DNA of 64,000 nt from Bacteroidales bacterium UBA5287 (GTDB taxonomy: Bacteria > Bacteroidota > Bacteroidia > Bacteroidales > Dysgonomonadaceae), in assembly GCA_002411345.1 (NCBI GenBank), contig DHSL01000025.1:926-64925 (forward strand). Reading direction: 5' to 3'. The notes under the pieces were generated by a model. It saw only the letters and a program-made list of their open reading frames with translations. It was not told the DNA's origin and did not search any database. Shown piece after piece: positions 48,317 through 57,934 of the stretch (positions are counted from its first letter, which is position 1; the number at the start of each line of letters is the position of its first letter). Both the position numbers and the translations under genes were made by a program.

Positions 48317-49557
48317 TGCTTATTTATTACTTCTGATTGAACTTTACCATCCCAAAACACAGTCTCAATCTCATCATTAATTTTAAGGATTTCTGTCGAA
48401 GTTATTATTTTTCCATTCTTTAATGTCAATGTATAACCACGTTTCAATATATTTTCAGGGGACACCATTTTAATATATTGTTCATTATTTGTCAGTTGGT
48501 GCTTTTGCACTTGTATCAGGTTTTTTGAAACATGATTCAAATTCAAAGACAGTTGAGCTATCGATGAACGATTATCACTGATAAAGAGCTGTGACTTCTG
48601 AATCAAGCCACGACTTAAAAGTACAACATTAGACCACTCATCCTGAATAAGGTTTTGTGTTTCAGACACCAGTCTATCTTGCAAATCATATACAGACTGC
48701 ATTGACTCTAAAGCTTTGGCTATCAAAAACTCAGCTACTGCTGTCGGCGTTTTTGCCCGTGTATGTGCAACATAGTCAACCACTGTTACATCCCGTTCGT
48801 GCCCAATACCACTGATGATTGGTAATGGAAATTGAGCAATGTTGCTTGCAAGTTCATAAGAGTCGAAGTAACTCAGTTCAGACGTAGCCCCTCCACCTCG
48901 TACAACGACCACGCAATCAAACAGTTCTCGATATTGATAAATTTTGTCTAAAGCTTCAATTATGGAAGATTCTGTTTGATCCCCTTGCATTTTGGCAGGA
49001 AAAAGTTTCTGATAAAAAACTATTCCATAAGTATTTTTATCTAACTGATCACAAAAATCTCCATAGCCAGCAGCTGTTGGTGAAGATATTACAGCGATAC
49101 GGTTTGTCAATTCAGGCAAAAACAGTTCTTTATTTAGATTTATAATGCCTTCATCTTCAAGCTGTTTTATTACCATTTGTCTGTTTCGAGCAATATCTCC
49201 AACCGTATAAACCGGATCTATGTCGACAACATTCAATGAATATCCATAAAGTTCATGAAATTCAACCGATATTTTCACCATCACATTTAGTCCTGAAGAA
49301 AAAGGCAGTCCTGTTTGTTCCTGAAAATATATCGATAAAAATTGAAATATATTTGACCATATAATTCCCCTTGCCTTTGCAATAATTGCATGAGATACAG
49401 GATCTTTTTCCACAAACTCCAGATAGCAATGTCCATTTTGATTTCGTCTGACATCGCTTGTTTCAGCTCTAACCCAATAAGCATCAGGCAACTGACTACT
49501 TATAGCCTGTTTAACCTGAAAATTGAGTTCTGATAATGTCATTGAAGAATCGTTCAT
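48310..49557 (-). CDS. xseA: exodeoxyribonuclease VII large subunit
   Basis: 415 aa. N-terminal OB-fold block LSELNFQVKQAI...YWVRAETSDVRRNQNGHCYLEFVEKD, catalytic-region block VVVRGGGATSEL. Confidence 0.85.
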   Translation of the reverse strand: MNDSSMTLSELNFQVKQAISSQLPDAYWVRAETSDVRRNQNGHCYLEFVEKDPVSHAIIAKARGIIWSNIFQFLSIYFQEQTGLPFSSGLNVMVKISVEFHELYGYSLNVVDIDPVYTVGDIARNRQMVIKQLEDEGIINLNKELFLPELTNRIAVISSPTAAGYGDFCDQLDKNTYGIVFYQKLFPAKMQGDQTESSIIEALDKIYQYRELFDCVVVVRGGGATSELSYFDSYELASNIAQFPLPIISGIGHERDVTVVDYVAHTRAKTPTAVAEFLIAKALESMQSVYDLQDRLVSETQNLIQDEWSNVVLLSRGLIQKSQLFISDNRSSIAQLSLNLNHVSKNLIQVQKHQLTNNEQYIKMVSPENILKRGYTLTLKNGKIITSTEILKINDEIETVFWDGKVQSEVINKQW

Positions 49558-49562
49558 TCTAT

Positions 49563-51203
49563 CTATAATTTTATGCGTATGGTTTGTTGGCTCCTTGGTG
49601 AATCTACTACAAAAAACACCTCTTTTATACCCTTTAGTTTTGATTTTGGAAAGTGAGCTAATTTTTGATCATTAAACTTCAATTTATCAATTAATTCACC
49701 ATTTTGGTCTAACAAATTTACAGAATAACCTTTTATAAAAAAAGGTGGATCAATTAATTTAATAACATATTGATCTTTATCAGGATAAATAGATATATTA
49801 TTATCTGAAAAGGTTTTTTTGTTAGATTCTAATGTTTGCAAAACAGCTTTCATAGATTTTCCAAAATCAGGAATACCGTATCCGTAACCCGTTTCTTTAT
49901 CAGGATTTGAGTATCGGTCGGTCGACTGTTTTACTATCTTTATTAATTCCCGTCTGTTCAATTCAGGATGAATGGACCACAAAGATGTAATGAGTCCTGC
50001 CATGAATGGCGATGACAGCGATGTACCATTTGTTGATCCAATAAGTCCTTCTTGACCTATAGTTACAGTATTTTTGCCTACAGAAAGTAAATCAGGTTTA
50101 ATCCGCAAATCATACGTAGGCCCCAAAGAGCTGAATGATGCAATAGTGCTGTCAACTCCAATTGCACCAATAGAAAGTACATTTCGTGCATCGGCTGGTG
50201 GTGTCATATATTTCCAGGGTTTGTTACCTTCGTTTCCCATGCTGATTACCAGAATCATGCCTTTATCAAAAGCTTTATCGGCCGCTTTTGTCATCAAAGA
50301 CGTTTTTCCATCCAGATTTGAATAATTATAACTTAATTGAGGATCGTCAAATTGATTGTATCCAAGTGAAGTATTGATTAAGTCAACCCCCATACTATCC
50401 GCGAATTCCACTGCTCTTATCCAGTAATCTTCTTCTACAGGAAATTCAGATCTTGTATCTTCTGAACGCAAAAGCAGATAATCAGCCTGTGAGGCTGACC
50501 CAATCATTTGATTAGGCAGATCAACGACCATTGTTGACAGCACTTTTGTTCCATGATCACTTGAATTGAAAATTGTACCATTTGACACGATATCAGCAAT
50601 ACCCATGATTCGAATGTTATCAAATGATGGAATTACATCAGCATTTGTAAAGCCAGCATCTATAATTGCAATATTCATTCCTTTACCTCTAAAACCTGAT
50701 TGTACAAGATTTTCAGCATTATGCAATTCATATTGTTTTTTGGTAGCCCCAAAATAAGAGGTTGAATCTAATTCTTCTTTACATTCTACTTTTTGAAGTC
50801 TTGGCCTTATATCCTTTTTATTGCTATGAGCTTCTCCTCTCCAAACATATTCAACCCTTTCCACAAAGGGCAACTTTGCTATGGATTCTATCCTGGTGCT
50901 ATCTTCCACTTTAACCACCAATAAATCAAACCATTTACTAAATGACACCACCTCTGCACCAGCGTTTTGCACCATTACGAAGTAATCTTTATTGATTGGA
51001 AAATCGGAAGAATCTACTGGCACATTTTGAATTAATTTCCTTTCAATAGCCTCTTTTGTCAGAAACTCCTCGGGTCTTGAAATAGAATAATCAGCTGCAC
51101 CCTTGTCAGTTAGAAATACTCGGAACATATAGTTAATGGGGCTTGTCTGTCCCGCTACCAACAATGTAATTGATAGAAAAAGTATAGTTAGAAATGGTTT
51201 CAT
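49563..51203 (-). CDS. secreted S8 (subtilisin-family) serine peptidase with probable T9SS C-terminal sorting domain
   Basis: The ATG at 51203 gives signal peptide MKPFLTILFLSITLLVAGQ; the track start at 51242 adds 13 aa. Catalytic triad blocks IAIIDAGF (Asp), SDHGTKVLS (His), NGTSLSSPFMAG (Ser). The C-terminal ~80 aa beta-rich tail ISIYPD...QTIRIKL resembles a Por/T9SS CTD. Confidence 0.8.
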   Translation of the reverse strand: MKPFLTILFLSITLLVAGQTSPINYMFRVFLTDKGAADYSISRPEEFLTKEAIERKLIQNVPVDSSDFPINKDYFVMVQNAGAEVVSFSKWFDLLVVKVEDSTRIESIAKLPFVERVEYVWRGEAHSNKKDIRPRLQKVECKEELDSTSYFGATKKQYELHNAENLVQSGFRGKGMNIAIIDAGFTNADVIPSFDNIRIMGIADIVSNGTIFNSSDHGTKVLSTMVVDLPNQMIGSASQADYLLLRSEDTRSEFPVEEDYWIRAVEFADSMGVDLINTSLGYNQFDDPQLSYNYSNLDGKTSLMTKAADKAFDKGMILVISMGNEGNKPWKYMTPPADARNVLSIGAIGVDSTIASFSSLGPTYDLRIKPDLLSVGKNTVTIGQEGLIGSTNGTSLSSPFMAGLITSLWSIHPELNRRELIKIVKQSTDRYSNPDKETGYGYGIPDFGKSMKAVLQTLESNKKTFSDNNISIYPDKDQYVIKLIDPPFFIKGYSVNLLDQNGELIDKLKFNDQKLAHFPKSKLKGIKEVFFVVDSPRSQQTIRIKL

Positions 51204-51250
51204 CGTTTGTTCAAAAATAGTTATAACAACAAATGTAAGCATGTTTTCCC

Positions 51251-51294
51251 AAAAAGAAAAAAGACGTTATTCATATTTCGATGATCACGTCTTT
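51251..51294 (-). terminator. rho-independent terminator of the LPG_TM-pepD-small-protein unit
   Basis: On the minus strand: AAAGACGT (51294-51287), 19-nt loop, ACGTCTTT (51267-51260), then TTTCTTTTT. It lies 36 nt after the stop of ORF 51330. Confidence 0.5.
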
Positions 51295-51329
51295 CTATTT
51301 TATTAATCTTTTAGAATTCTATACAAAAA

Positions 51330-51542
51330 CTACTTGAATCTGTTTCGGATTTCTTGCTTACGTTTCAAAATGAAAAATAACAGAATTGCTATCACAACAC
51401 ATGCGACTATTACACCCCAGAACTCAAGCCATTTACCCGATGCTTGATATCTCGGATAAGTTATTACCGCCATTACAAGTGCATAGATAACAAGTATAAT
51501 AGGTAATATTTTATATAATTTCATATAGATATTATTATCCAA
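51330..51542 (-). CDS. small membrane protein (two predicted TM helices)
   Basis: 70 aa. KILPIILVIYALVMAVI and WGVIVACVVIAILLFFIL hydrophobic spans with a basic C-terminus. It overlaps the pepD stop by 8 nt. An alternative ATG lies at 51524. Confidence 0.45.
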   Translation of the reverse strand: MDNNIYMKLYKILPIILVIYALVMAVITYPRYQASGKWLEFWGVIVACVVIAILLFFILKRKQEIRNRFK

Positions 51543-52998
51543 TTTGTTCTAATATAGAAACAAGATAATCATAGTTCTTTTCCACTGATGATATTTCAAC
51601 CCGTTCGTCCGGTGAATGAGCACCAGTAATTGTAGGTCCAAATGAAACAGTATCAAGTTTTTGATCCACATTCGATTGGATGATACCACATTCAAGACCT
51701 GCATGAATAACAATTACTTCGGGACGTTTATTATATTTATCAAGATAGATCATCTCCATTGCTTTGAGCAATTCAGAATTTGCATTTGGCTGCCATCCAG
51801 GATATGAACCATCAACGATTACTCTTGCACCTGCTAAAGAATAAAGGCTTTCCAGTGATGAACAAACCGAATCCTTTTTGCTTTCAGAAGAACTACGAAC
51901 CAGATATTTAACTTCGATCTTTCCCTCTGTTGATTCTACAAGAGCAAGGTTTAACGAACTTTCAACAACTCCTTGGAAATCTGAAAGCATGCTGATTACA
52001 CCATTTGGGCTTGCCTCTATCGAATTGATCAGGTCGTCTTGAATTTCTTCAGGGATCAGAGAAGTTGGCATATCAACCAGTTCCGCTTTTAATGATATTC
52101 CATCTTCAACACCTGCATATTCTTCTCGGAACAATGATTCATATTCAGCAACCAAATCAATAAGATCGTCTGATAATTGTTCAGGGATCGACAGAACAAC
52201 AAATGATTCACGTGGGATGGCATTTCTAAGTGATCCTCCATTGACACTTGCTAATCGAGCTTCATAATTAGCCACGACATCCTTCAGAAAACGATTCATC
52301 AACTTATTAGCATTTGCACGTCCCAAATGAATCTGTGTTCCAGAGTGACCACCTTTTAATCCACGTAGACTTACTTTGTAGGCCACATCACCTTTGAAAA
52401 CGTTTTCATCTTGCTTGTATTCAAAAACAGCTGTAACATCTGCTCCACCAGCACATCCAACAGTCAGTTCACCTTCTTCTTCAGTATCAAGATTCAGCAT
52501 TAGGCTTCCTTTCAGAAAACCTTTTTCCAATCCGAAAGCACCATTCATTCCAACCTCTTCATCAATTGTGAAAAGTCCTTCAATAGGCGCATGTTTCAGA
52601 GAGCTGTCTTCCAGAACCGCCATTATCATCGCCACTCCGATTCCATTATCTGCGCCAAGTGTGGTAGAAATTGCAGTAACTGCTGTTCCATCTATCTTTG
52701 TACCGATTGGATCTTTCGAGAAATCATGTTCTACATCAGCATTTTTCTGAGGCACCATATCAAGATGCGATTGCAGAATAATTGTTTGTTTACCTTCATA
52801 ACCTTTCGATGCCGGCTTTTTGATTAGCACGTTACCTACTTTGTCTTGTACTGTTTCCAATCCAAGTGATTTTCCAAAATCCATTACAAACCGTGTAACT
52901 TTCTCCATTTGTCCAGTTGGTCTAGGAATCTGTGTCAAATCATAAAAGTGTTGCCAAACCCGTTCAGGTTTTAAACTAAGTATTTCTGCTTTAGCCAT
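51535..52998 (-). CDS. pepD: aminoacyl-histidine (Xaa-His) dipeptidase, M20C
   Basis: 487 aa. LKPERVWQHFYDLTQIPRPTGQ, VGNVLIKKPASKGYE, ILQSHLDMVPQKN and LGADNGIGVA align by eye to E. coli PepD. Confidence 0.85.
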   Translation of the reverse strand: MAKAEILSLKPERVWQHFYDLTQIPRPTGQMEKVTRFVMDFGKSLGLETVQDKVGNVLIKKPASKGYEGKQTIILQSHLDMVPQKNADVEHDFSKDPIGTKIDGTAVTAISTTLGADNGIGVAMIMAVLEDSSLKHAPIEGLFTIDEEVGMNGAFGLEKGFLKGSLMLNLDTEEEGELTVGCAGGADVTAVFEYKQDENVFKGDVAYKVSLRGLKGGHSGTQIHLGRANANKLMNRFLKDVVANYEARLASVNGGSLRNAIPRESFVVLSIPEQLSDDLIDLVAEYESLFREEYAGVEDGISLKAELVDMPTSLIPEEIQDDLINSIEASPNGVISMLSDFQGVVESSLNLALVESTEGKIEVKYLVRSSSESKKDSVCSSLESLYSLAGARVIVDGSYPGWQPNANSELLKAMEMIYLDKYNKRPEVIVIHAGLECGIIQSNVDQKLDTVSFGPTITGAHSPDERVEISSVEKNYDYLVSILEQIG

Positions 52999-53045
52999 AT
53001 TATTTTAATTTTAAGTTGTATAGTTGTTATATAATATTTTGTGGT

Positions 53046-54065
53046 TTAAACCAAATCTTTAGGTGTTTCTGTTATTATATTGTTTCTTTTCACATAAGGC
53101 ATTGCAACAACACCCACCAAGCCATAAAGAATTGTCCATAGCGATTGGATTGCGAAAACCGCAAATGCAAAAGCGCTTGCATTAGCATTTGAAACACCCA
53201 GAATTATCAATGATGAGATTACCATAAAATGCCAAGCCCCCATTCCTCCTTGTACTGGAACTGCTACTCCGACATTGCTCATGGCAAAGACAATTAATCC
53301 TGCTACCCATCCAAGGTTATTTGTGAAATCAAACGCAAAGAAGCAAATGTAAAAGTACAGATAAAAACACAACCAAAGAAGTATTGTGTATAAAATTATT
53401 TTGCGTTTATCTTTCATGTGTGCTACCAAGATCAGATCCCGTTTGATTTCTTTAAAGAAACTCTTAATCTTTTTTACAAAAACAGTATGTTTGAATGTCG
53501 TAAAAAGTAGTACAAATGCCAAAACAAGAAGTCCAACAAGAACATAGAGCCATATTGATGATAGCATGTTTTTTAAGTTCTCTGTATATTCTGGTGTATC
53601 TTTGAAATAAGAGATAAAAAAATCGAAAGACAATGCTATACTTAAAACAAGAATAAAGATTGACATTATCAAGTCGAGCACCTTATCAACTAGAAACGTT
53701 TCAAAAGTTTTACCGAAAGGTATTTTATCGAACTTTGAAACCACTCCACAACGCCAAAAATCACCAGCTCTTGGCAACAAATAATTCACAGCATAATTTC
53801 CAAGAGTTGCGAACACGATGCTCTGTGTTTTAGGGTTATAATTAAATGCTTTCAGGAAAAGGCCCCAACGCAAACCACGTAAAACATTACCTATCAACCC
53901 AAAAATGAGTGATCCTGCAATGATCTTAAAGTTGACACCCTTAACAATTTCCCATAACTCATTAAAGTCCGTTTTCCTGTAAAGGACCCATAAAATGCCA
54001 ATTCCCAATAAGAACATTATAAGGGTCTTGAGAATATCTTTTGTAGTTTTTGAATTCATCTTCAT
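53046..54065 (-). CDS. lysylphosphatidylglycerol-synthase TM-domain (UPF0104, flippase-like) membrane protein
   Basis: 339 aa, polytopic. LRGLRWGLFLKAF...TLGNYAVNYLLPRAGDFWR matches the family signature. Confidence 0.7.
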   Translation of the reverse strand: MKMNSKTTKDILKTLIMFLLGIGILWVLYRKTDFNELWEIVKGVNFKIIAGSLIFGLIGNVLRGLRWGLFLKAFNYNPKTQSIVFATLGNYAVNYLLPRAGDFWRCGVVSKFDKIPFGKTFETFLVDKVLDLIMSIFILVLSIALSFDFFISYFKDTPEYTENLKNMLSSIWLYVLVGLLVLAFVLLFTTFKHTVFVKKIKSFFKEIKRDLILVAHMKDKRKIILYTILLWLCFYLYFYICFFAFDFTNNLGWVAGLIVFAMSNVGVAVPVQGGMGAWHFMVISSLIILGVSNANASAFAFAVFAIQSLWTILYGLVGVVAMPYVKRNNIITETPKDLV

Positions 54066-54087
54066 TGTTCAAGCCAATAACGGCTTT

Positions 54088-54095
54088 CAAAGATA
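54088..54095 (-). promoter_or_regulatory. candidate -7 box (TATCTTTG on minus strand)
   Basis: Plus-strand CAAAGATA, 23 nt upstream of the ATG at 54065. Confidence 0.45.
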
Positions 54096-54202
54096 GAAGA
54101 TTTTAAAGCAACTTTCTATTAAAATGACAAGAAACTTGAAGGATTAAACAATCTATGTGACTTAAAAATCCACAACTTACGACGATTATTGGTAAAATTA
54201 GT

Positions 54203-54210
54203 TACCTTTG
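54203..54210 (+). promoter_or_regulatory. candidate -7 box (TACCTTTG) for rsmA-corA
   Basis: 38 nt upstream of the ATG at 54248. It is divergent from the box at 54088. Confidence 0.5.
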
Positions 54211-54247
54211 CGACAAATTTGACAGGTAAAAATTAGCATTTACATTT

Positions 54248-55036
54248 ATGTTTCCAGTAAAACCAAAGAAAAGCCTGGGTCAGCATTTCCTGAAAGACGA
54301 AGCTATCGCAGAAAGAATCGCCTCTACACTTGATGGTTTTGCAGAACTTCCTGTGCTGGAAGTCGGTCCTGGAACGGGAGTATTGACACGTTGGTTGTTA
54401 AATAAGAGCAAAGATCTAACTGTAGTTGAATTAGATAAAGAATCTATTGTTTATTTAAATGATCATTTCCCTGAATTAAAGGGTAGAATTATTGAGAAAG
54501 ATTTTCTAAAGTTAGATTTGAAACAGTTATACGTTGATAAGCCATTTTGTGTTATTGGTAACTATCCGTATAATATTTCGTCACAGATATTTTTCAAGGT
54601 ACTCGATTATAAAAACGCCATTCCATGCTGTTCCGGGATGATTCAAAAAGAGGTAGCCGAACGGTTGACGGCATCTCCGGGCAGTAAAACATATGGTATT
54701 TTAAGTGTGCTTTTACAAGTGTGGTATGATGTTGAATATTTATTCACTGTTAGTGAACAGGCATTTATTCCACCACCAAAAGTGAAATCGGCAGTTGTTA
54801 GGTTAACTCGTAACAAAAGGCAAGAAATGGATTGCGATGAGAAACTTTTTAAAACAGTTGTCAAAACAAGTTTTAATCAACGTCGCAAAATGTTGCGTAA
54901 TTCATTAAAGTCGTTACTTTCAGAAGATGTAAAACTACCTGAAAATGAAATGTTCAACAAGCGTCCCGAGCAGCTTTCGATTGCACAATTTGAAGAAATG
55001 ACCAACCTTTTGAAGCCGTTGGTTAAAATGAACTGA
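54248..55036 (+). CDS. rsmA: 16S rRNA (adenine1518/1519-N6)-dimethyltransferase
   Basis: 262 aa. KKSLGQHFL, SAM-binding VLEVGPGTGVLT, IGNYPYNISSQI. Confidence 0.9.
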   Translation: MFPVKPKKSLGQHFLKDEAIAERIASTLDGFAELPVLEVGPGTGVLTRWLLNKSKDLTVVELDKESIVYLNDHFPELKGRIIEKDFLKLDLKQLYVDKPFCVIGNYPYNISSQIFFKVLDYKNAIPCCSGMIQKEVAERLTASPGSKTYGILSVLLQVWYDVEYLFTVSEQAFIPPPKVKSAVVRLTRNKRQEMDCDEKLFKTVVKTSFNQRRKMLRNSLKSLLSEDVKLPENEMFNKRPEQLSIAQFEEMTNLLKPLVKMN

Positions 55037-55064
55037 ATTAGTCACCGTAATAAAACTGATCGTA

Positions 55065-56009
55065 ATGGCCGAAATTAAACTCTTTTATCACAAAGACGGC
55101 GTAATCAGATTAAGCCGGAGTATCGATTTCCTCAAATCGAATCCGATTCAAAATTTCTTATGGATTGACCTTCTGGATGTTGATGAAGAAATAGAGAACG
55201 AATTAGAAGATTTCCTTAAGATATATATTCAGGAAGAAGAGGAAATGATTGAGATTGAGATGTCATCTCGATTCATAGAAACAAATGATACGATGGTGGT
55301 AAACTCCAATTTTCTCCTCTCAAACTTTGAGATGGAGCCGGTTTCCTTTATTCTAAAAAACGGCATTCTTGTAACAGTTAGAAGTCAGGAATTGATTTCT
55401 TTTCATGAAACGGTGAAACGTATCTCGGCAAATCCAAAAAACTACCCTACCGGTGCTGATGTTCTGATAGCATTGTTTGAAACACGTGTAGATTTCGATG
55501 CCGATATGATTGAGGATATGACTCAAAAGACCACTCAGCTCAGTAATAGTTTGAGTATGCAGGAAGCTAACAAAGATTTGTTGTCTGAGATCAAGAACTT
55601 ACAGGAAAAGACAATGTTGTTGCGAGAAAACATTATCGACAAACAGCGCACTGTGGCAAGTATGTTACGCAGTGATTTTATTCCCACGTCGTTGCACCCT
55701 AAACTATCGATGATTATCAAGGATATAAACTCACTTGTTGAGCACGTAAAATTCAGTTTTGACCGTCTTGATTATTTGCAGGACACCTTTCTTGGATATG
55801 TAAACATTGACCAAAATAAGATTATCAAGATATTCACAATCATGTCTGTTATCTTTATGCCTCCAACGCTCATTGCCAGTATTTATGGAATGAACTTTAA
55901 ATTTATGCCCGAAATGGATAAGGAATGGGGATATCCTGTTGCTATTGGATTGATGGTGCTTTCCGTACTTATTATTCTGCTTATTTTCAGGGGAAAGAAG
56001 TGGTTATGA
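55065..56009 (+). CDS. corA: CorA-family magnesium/cobalt transporter
   Basis: 314 aa. Two C-terminal TM helices with the signature IYGMNFKFMPE. Confidence 0.85.
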   Translation: MAEIKLFYHKDGVIRLSRSIDFLKSNPIQNFLWIDLLDVDEEIENELEDFLKIYIQEEEEMIEIEMSSRFIETNDTMVVNSNFLLSNFEMEPVSFILKNGILVTVRSQELISFHETVKRISANPKNYPTGADVLIALFETRVDFDADMIEDMTQKTTQLSNSLSMQEANKDLLSEIKNLQEKTMLLRENIIDKQRTVASMLRSDFIPTSLHPKLSMIIKDINSLVEHVKFSFDRLDYLQDTFLGYVNIDQNKIIKIFTIMSVIFMPPTLIASIYGMNFKFMPEMDKEWGYPVAIGLMVLSVLIILLIFRGKKWL

Positions 56010-56151
56010 TTAATTAATACAATTTTAGAAAGTAATCTTTTGACTATTGCATTGGGAAATCATAGAATGATCATCGGAATTATGACGGAGTTTTGCGAGA
56101 CCATAGTGAGAGGAGCATCGGAGTTGCGATGTAATAAAACAATAACAATTC

Positions 56152-57036
56152 TTACTCCAACATGTAATTAATCTGCGGTTTCTTCTGAGGGAAAGTAAGT
56201 CTGAATTCCACATCGAGTTCCGCAGTTTGGTAACCAAGTAAAAGCTGTGCAAGTAATTGGATATTTACTTCTGTAAACTTTGCCGAATGCGATGGATTTT
56301 TCTCGACATGCCCCATGTGGCACATGAATCCCGCATTATTCATTGGCAGAAGTTCATCAATCACTGAAAGATTAAATGCTTTTTCGGGGTGAGCCGTGAC
56401 AAAATGCAGCAACAATTTTTCAGCATCTATTATTCGCGCCATTCCCCTCAAATTCTTTTTAGGTGGAAAATCAAAAAGAGTTGCCTCATCAACGATATCA
56501 ATAAAATCTTGAAATGTTTTTTGCACTGTCATATCCCAATGTCTGTACTTTTCGTCGAAAACCCTATATGCAGCCTCCAGGTCCATTGAATTTCTGTGTA
56601 TAAGTTCTTTTATACTTGGTAATTCTTCTGTTCCAGCATCAAAAGTCTGTGCAAACCCATATTGTTTATAATAATCAAGCAGCCAATCTTCTTGTGGTAC
56701 AAGTATTGCAAGTGGAATATTTTTTTTTGACAGTTCTTTGAGAGCTTGATTTATTAGCTCTCCCATGTATCCTTTTTTGCGATATTCAGGAAGAGTACAT
56801 ACTCCTGCTATGTATGCAATTGGGATTTCAATGTTACAAAAGGTGAAATTATAATGCAACATTTGTAAAGAAGACACAACTTTATCGTCAATAAAATATG
56901 CTAAAGTATTTTGATCTCGGTATTTACGTTCGAAATACAGATCCATATAATTTTCGGGATCTCCAAAAACGGTTTTCCACATATTACGGATTTGATCTCG
57001 CGACGAAGCATCGGCATATCTGACAAACTGACTCAT
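56152..57036 (-). CDS. GNAT-family N-acyltransferase
   Basis: 294 aa. Acetyl-CoA-binding-type block VCTLPEYRKKGYMGELINQALKEL. Zero-nt gap to the upstream DUF2156 gene. Confidence 0.65.
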   Translation of the reverse strand: MSQFVRYADASSRDQIRNMWKTVFGDPENYMDLYFERKYRDQNTLAYFIDDKVVSSLQMLHYNFTFCNIEIPIAYIAGVCTLPEYRKKGYMGELINQALKELSKKNIPLAILVPQEDWLLDYYKQYGFAQTFDAGTEELPSIKELIHRNSMDLEAAYRVFDEKYRHWDMTVQKTFQDFIDIVDEATLFDFPPKKNLRGMARIIDAEKLLLHFVTAHPEKAFNLSVIDELLPMNNAGFMCHMGHVEKNPSHSAKFTEVNIQLLAQLLLGYQTAELDVEFRLTFPQKKPQINYMLE

Positions 57037-57933
57037 TTATTGTTTTAATTTAAGAATGCTTTTTTCTAAAAGAATATCGGGTTGATAAGACATTTTTGCT
57101 TTTCTCAGTGATTCATATCCCATATCTTCCTCTCGGTTAATATAGGTAAACCCAGATACCTCGTGTTCAACAAACTGCTGATTAATAATAGAATATGCCC
57201 CATTTATATTTGAAAAAGCCTTTTCTGTATGAACAATAAAAGTATCCTCAGTTAATGGTCGCCCAAGCGTAAAAGCCGCTATTCTGCCATCTACCAATAT
57301 AACTCCTCCGCGCAAATCCAACTCATTAAACTGAGTAAGGAAAGTGCTTGTGGTTATATAATCAAGTTCAAGTGACTCGTCGTGACTTTCAAGATTCATA
57401 TCAATCCAATCGCGCAACATTTTTCTACATCTTTCCAGATATTCGGGATGATCTGTAAGCGATTGATATTCCCAATTGTTTTCTTTTTTAAATCGATTGA
57501 TATGATTTCGTTTGCTTTGGAGTTTTTTGCCTTTTAGATGAATAAGCTTTTCTGATGTATAAATATAATCGAATCCTCCACGAACAGGTGTTTTCTCAAA
57601 CACGCCAGGCATTGACGCCTCAATGTTTGTCCACATCCGTTCTGTTACTCCCGACATCATAAATTTTTGAGTACAACCGCAATCGTTCATCAATGCTTCT
57701 ATTGGCGGTCTTAAATCCCCTCGTCCATAGGGAATTAGATAAGAACATCTGCCATCATCAACTGAAAATTTCACTAACAGGAAATTATTCCATTCAACAT
57801 AAGATGTATTGAATTTGTGCGACCACCCATATAAGTTGGAAAAACAACATTCCGACGATCTGTATGTATTTCCTTCAAGTAGTCGGTCTATTGTTGTTTT
57901 GTCTTCAAGTGTGATTTTCTTAAATTCTAACAT
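57037..57933 (-). CDS. DUF2156 protein (stand-alone homolog of the MprF C-terminal aminoacyl-tRNA-dependent synthase domain)
   Basis: 298 aa. Family blocks SECCFSNLYGW, FDYIYTSEKLIHLKGKKLQSKRNHINRFKK, IVHTEKA, YINREEDMGYESLRKAKMSYQP. Confidence 0.75.
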   Translation of the reverse strand: MLEFKKITLEDKTTIDRLLEGNTYRSSECCFSNLYGWSHKFNTSYVEWNNFLLVKFSVDDGRCSYLIPYGRGDLRPPIEALMNDCGCTQKFMMSGVTERMWTNIEASMPGVFEKTPVRGGFDYIYTSEKLIHLKGKKLQSKRNHINRFKKENNWEYQSLTDHPEYLERCRKMLRDWIDMNLESHDESLELDYITTSTFLTQFNELDLRGGVILVDGRIAAFTLGRPLTEDTFIVHTEKAFSNINGAYSIINQQFVEHEVSGFTYINREEDMGYESLRKAKMSYQPDILLEKSILKLKQ

Positions 57934-57934
57934 A

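Noticed and set aside
56025-56252. 75-aa minus-strand ORF in the corA/GNAT convergent gap.
   Set aside because: It overlaps the 3' end of the GNAT gene in another frame, is Cys/Ser/Arg-rich with no motif, and has no promoter box.
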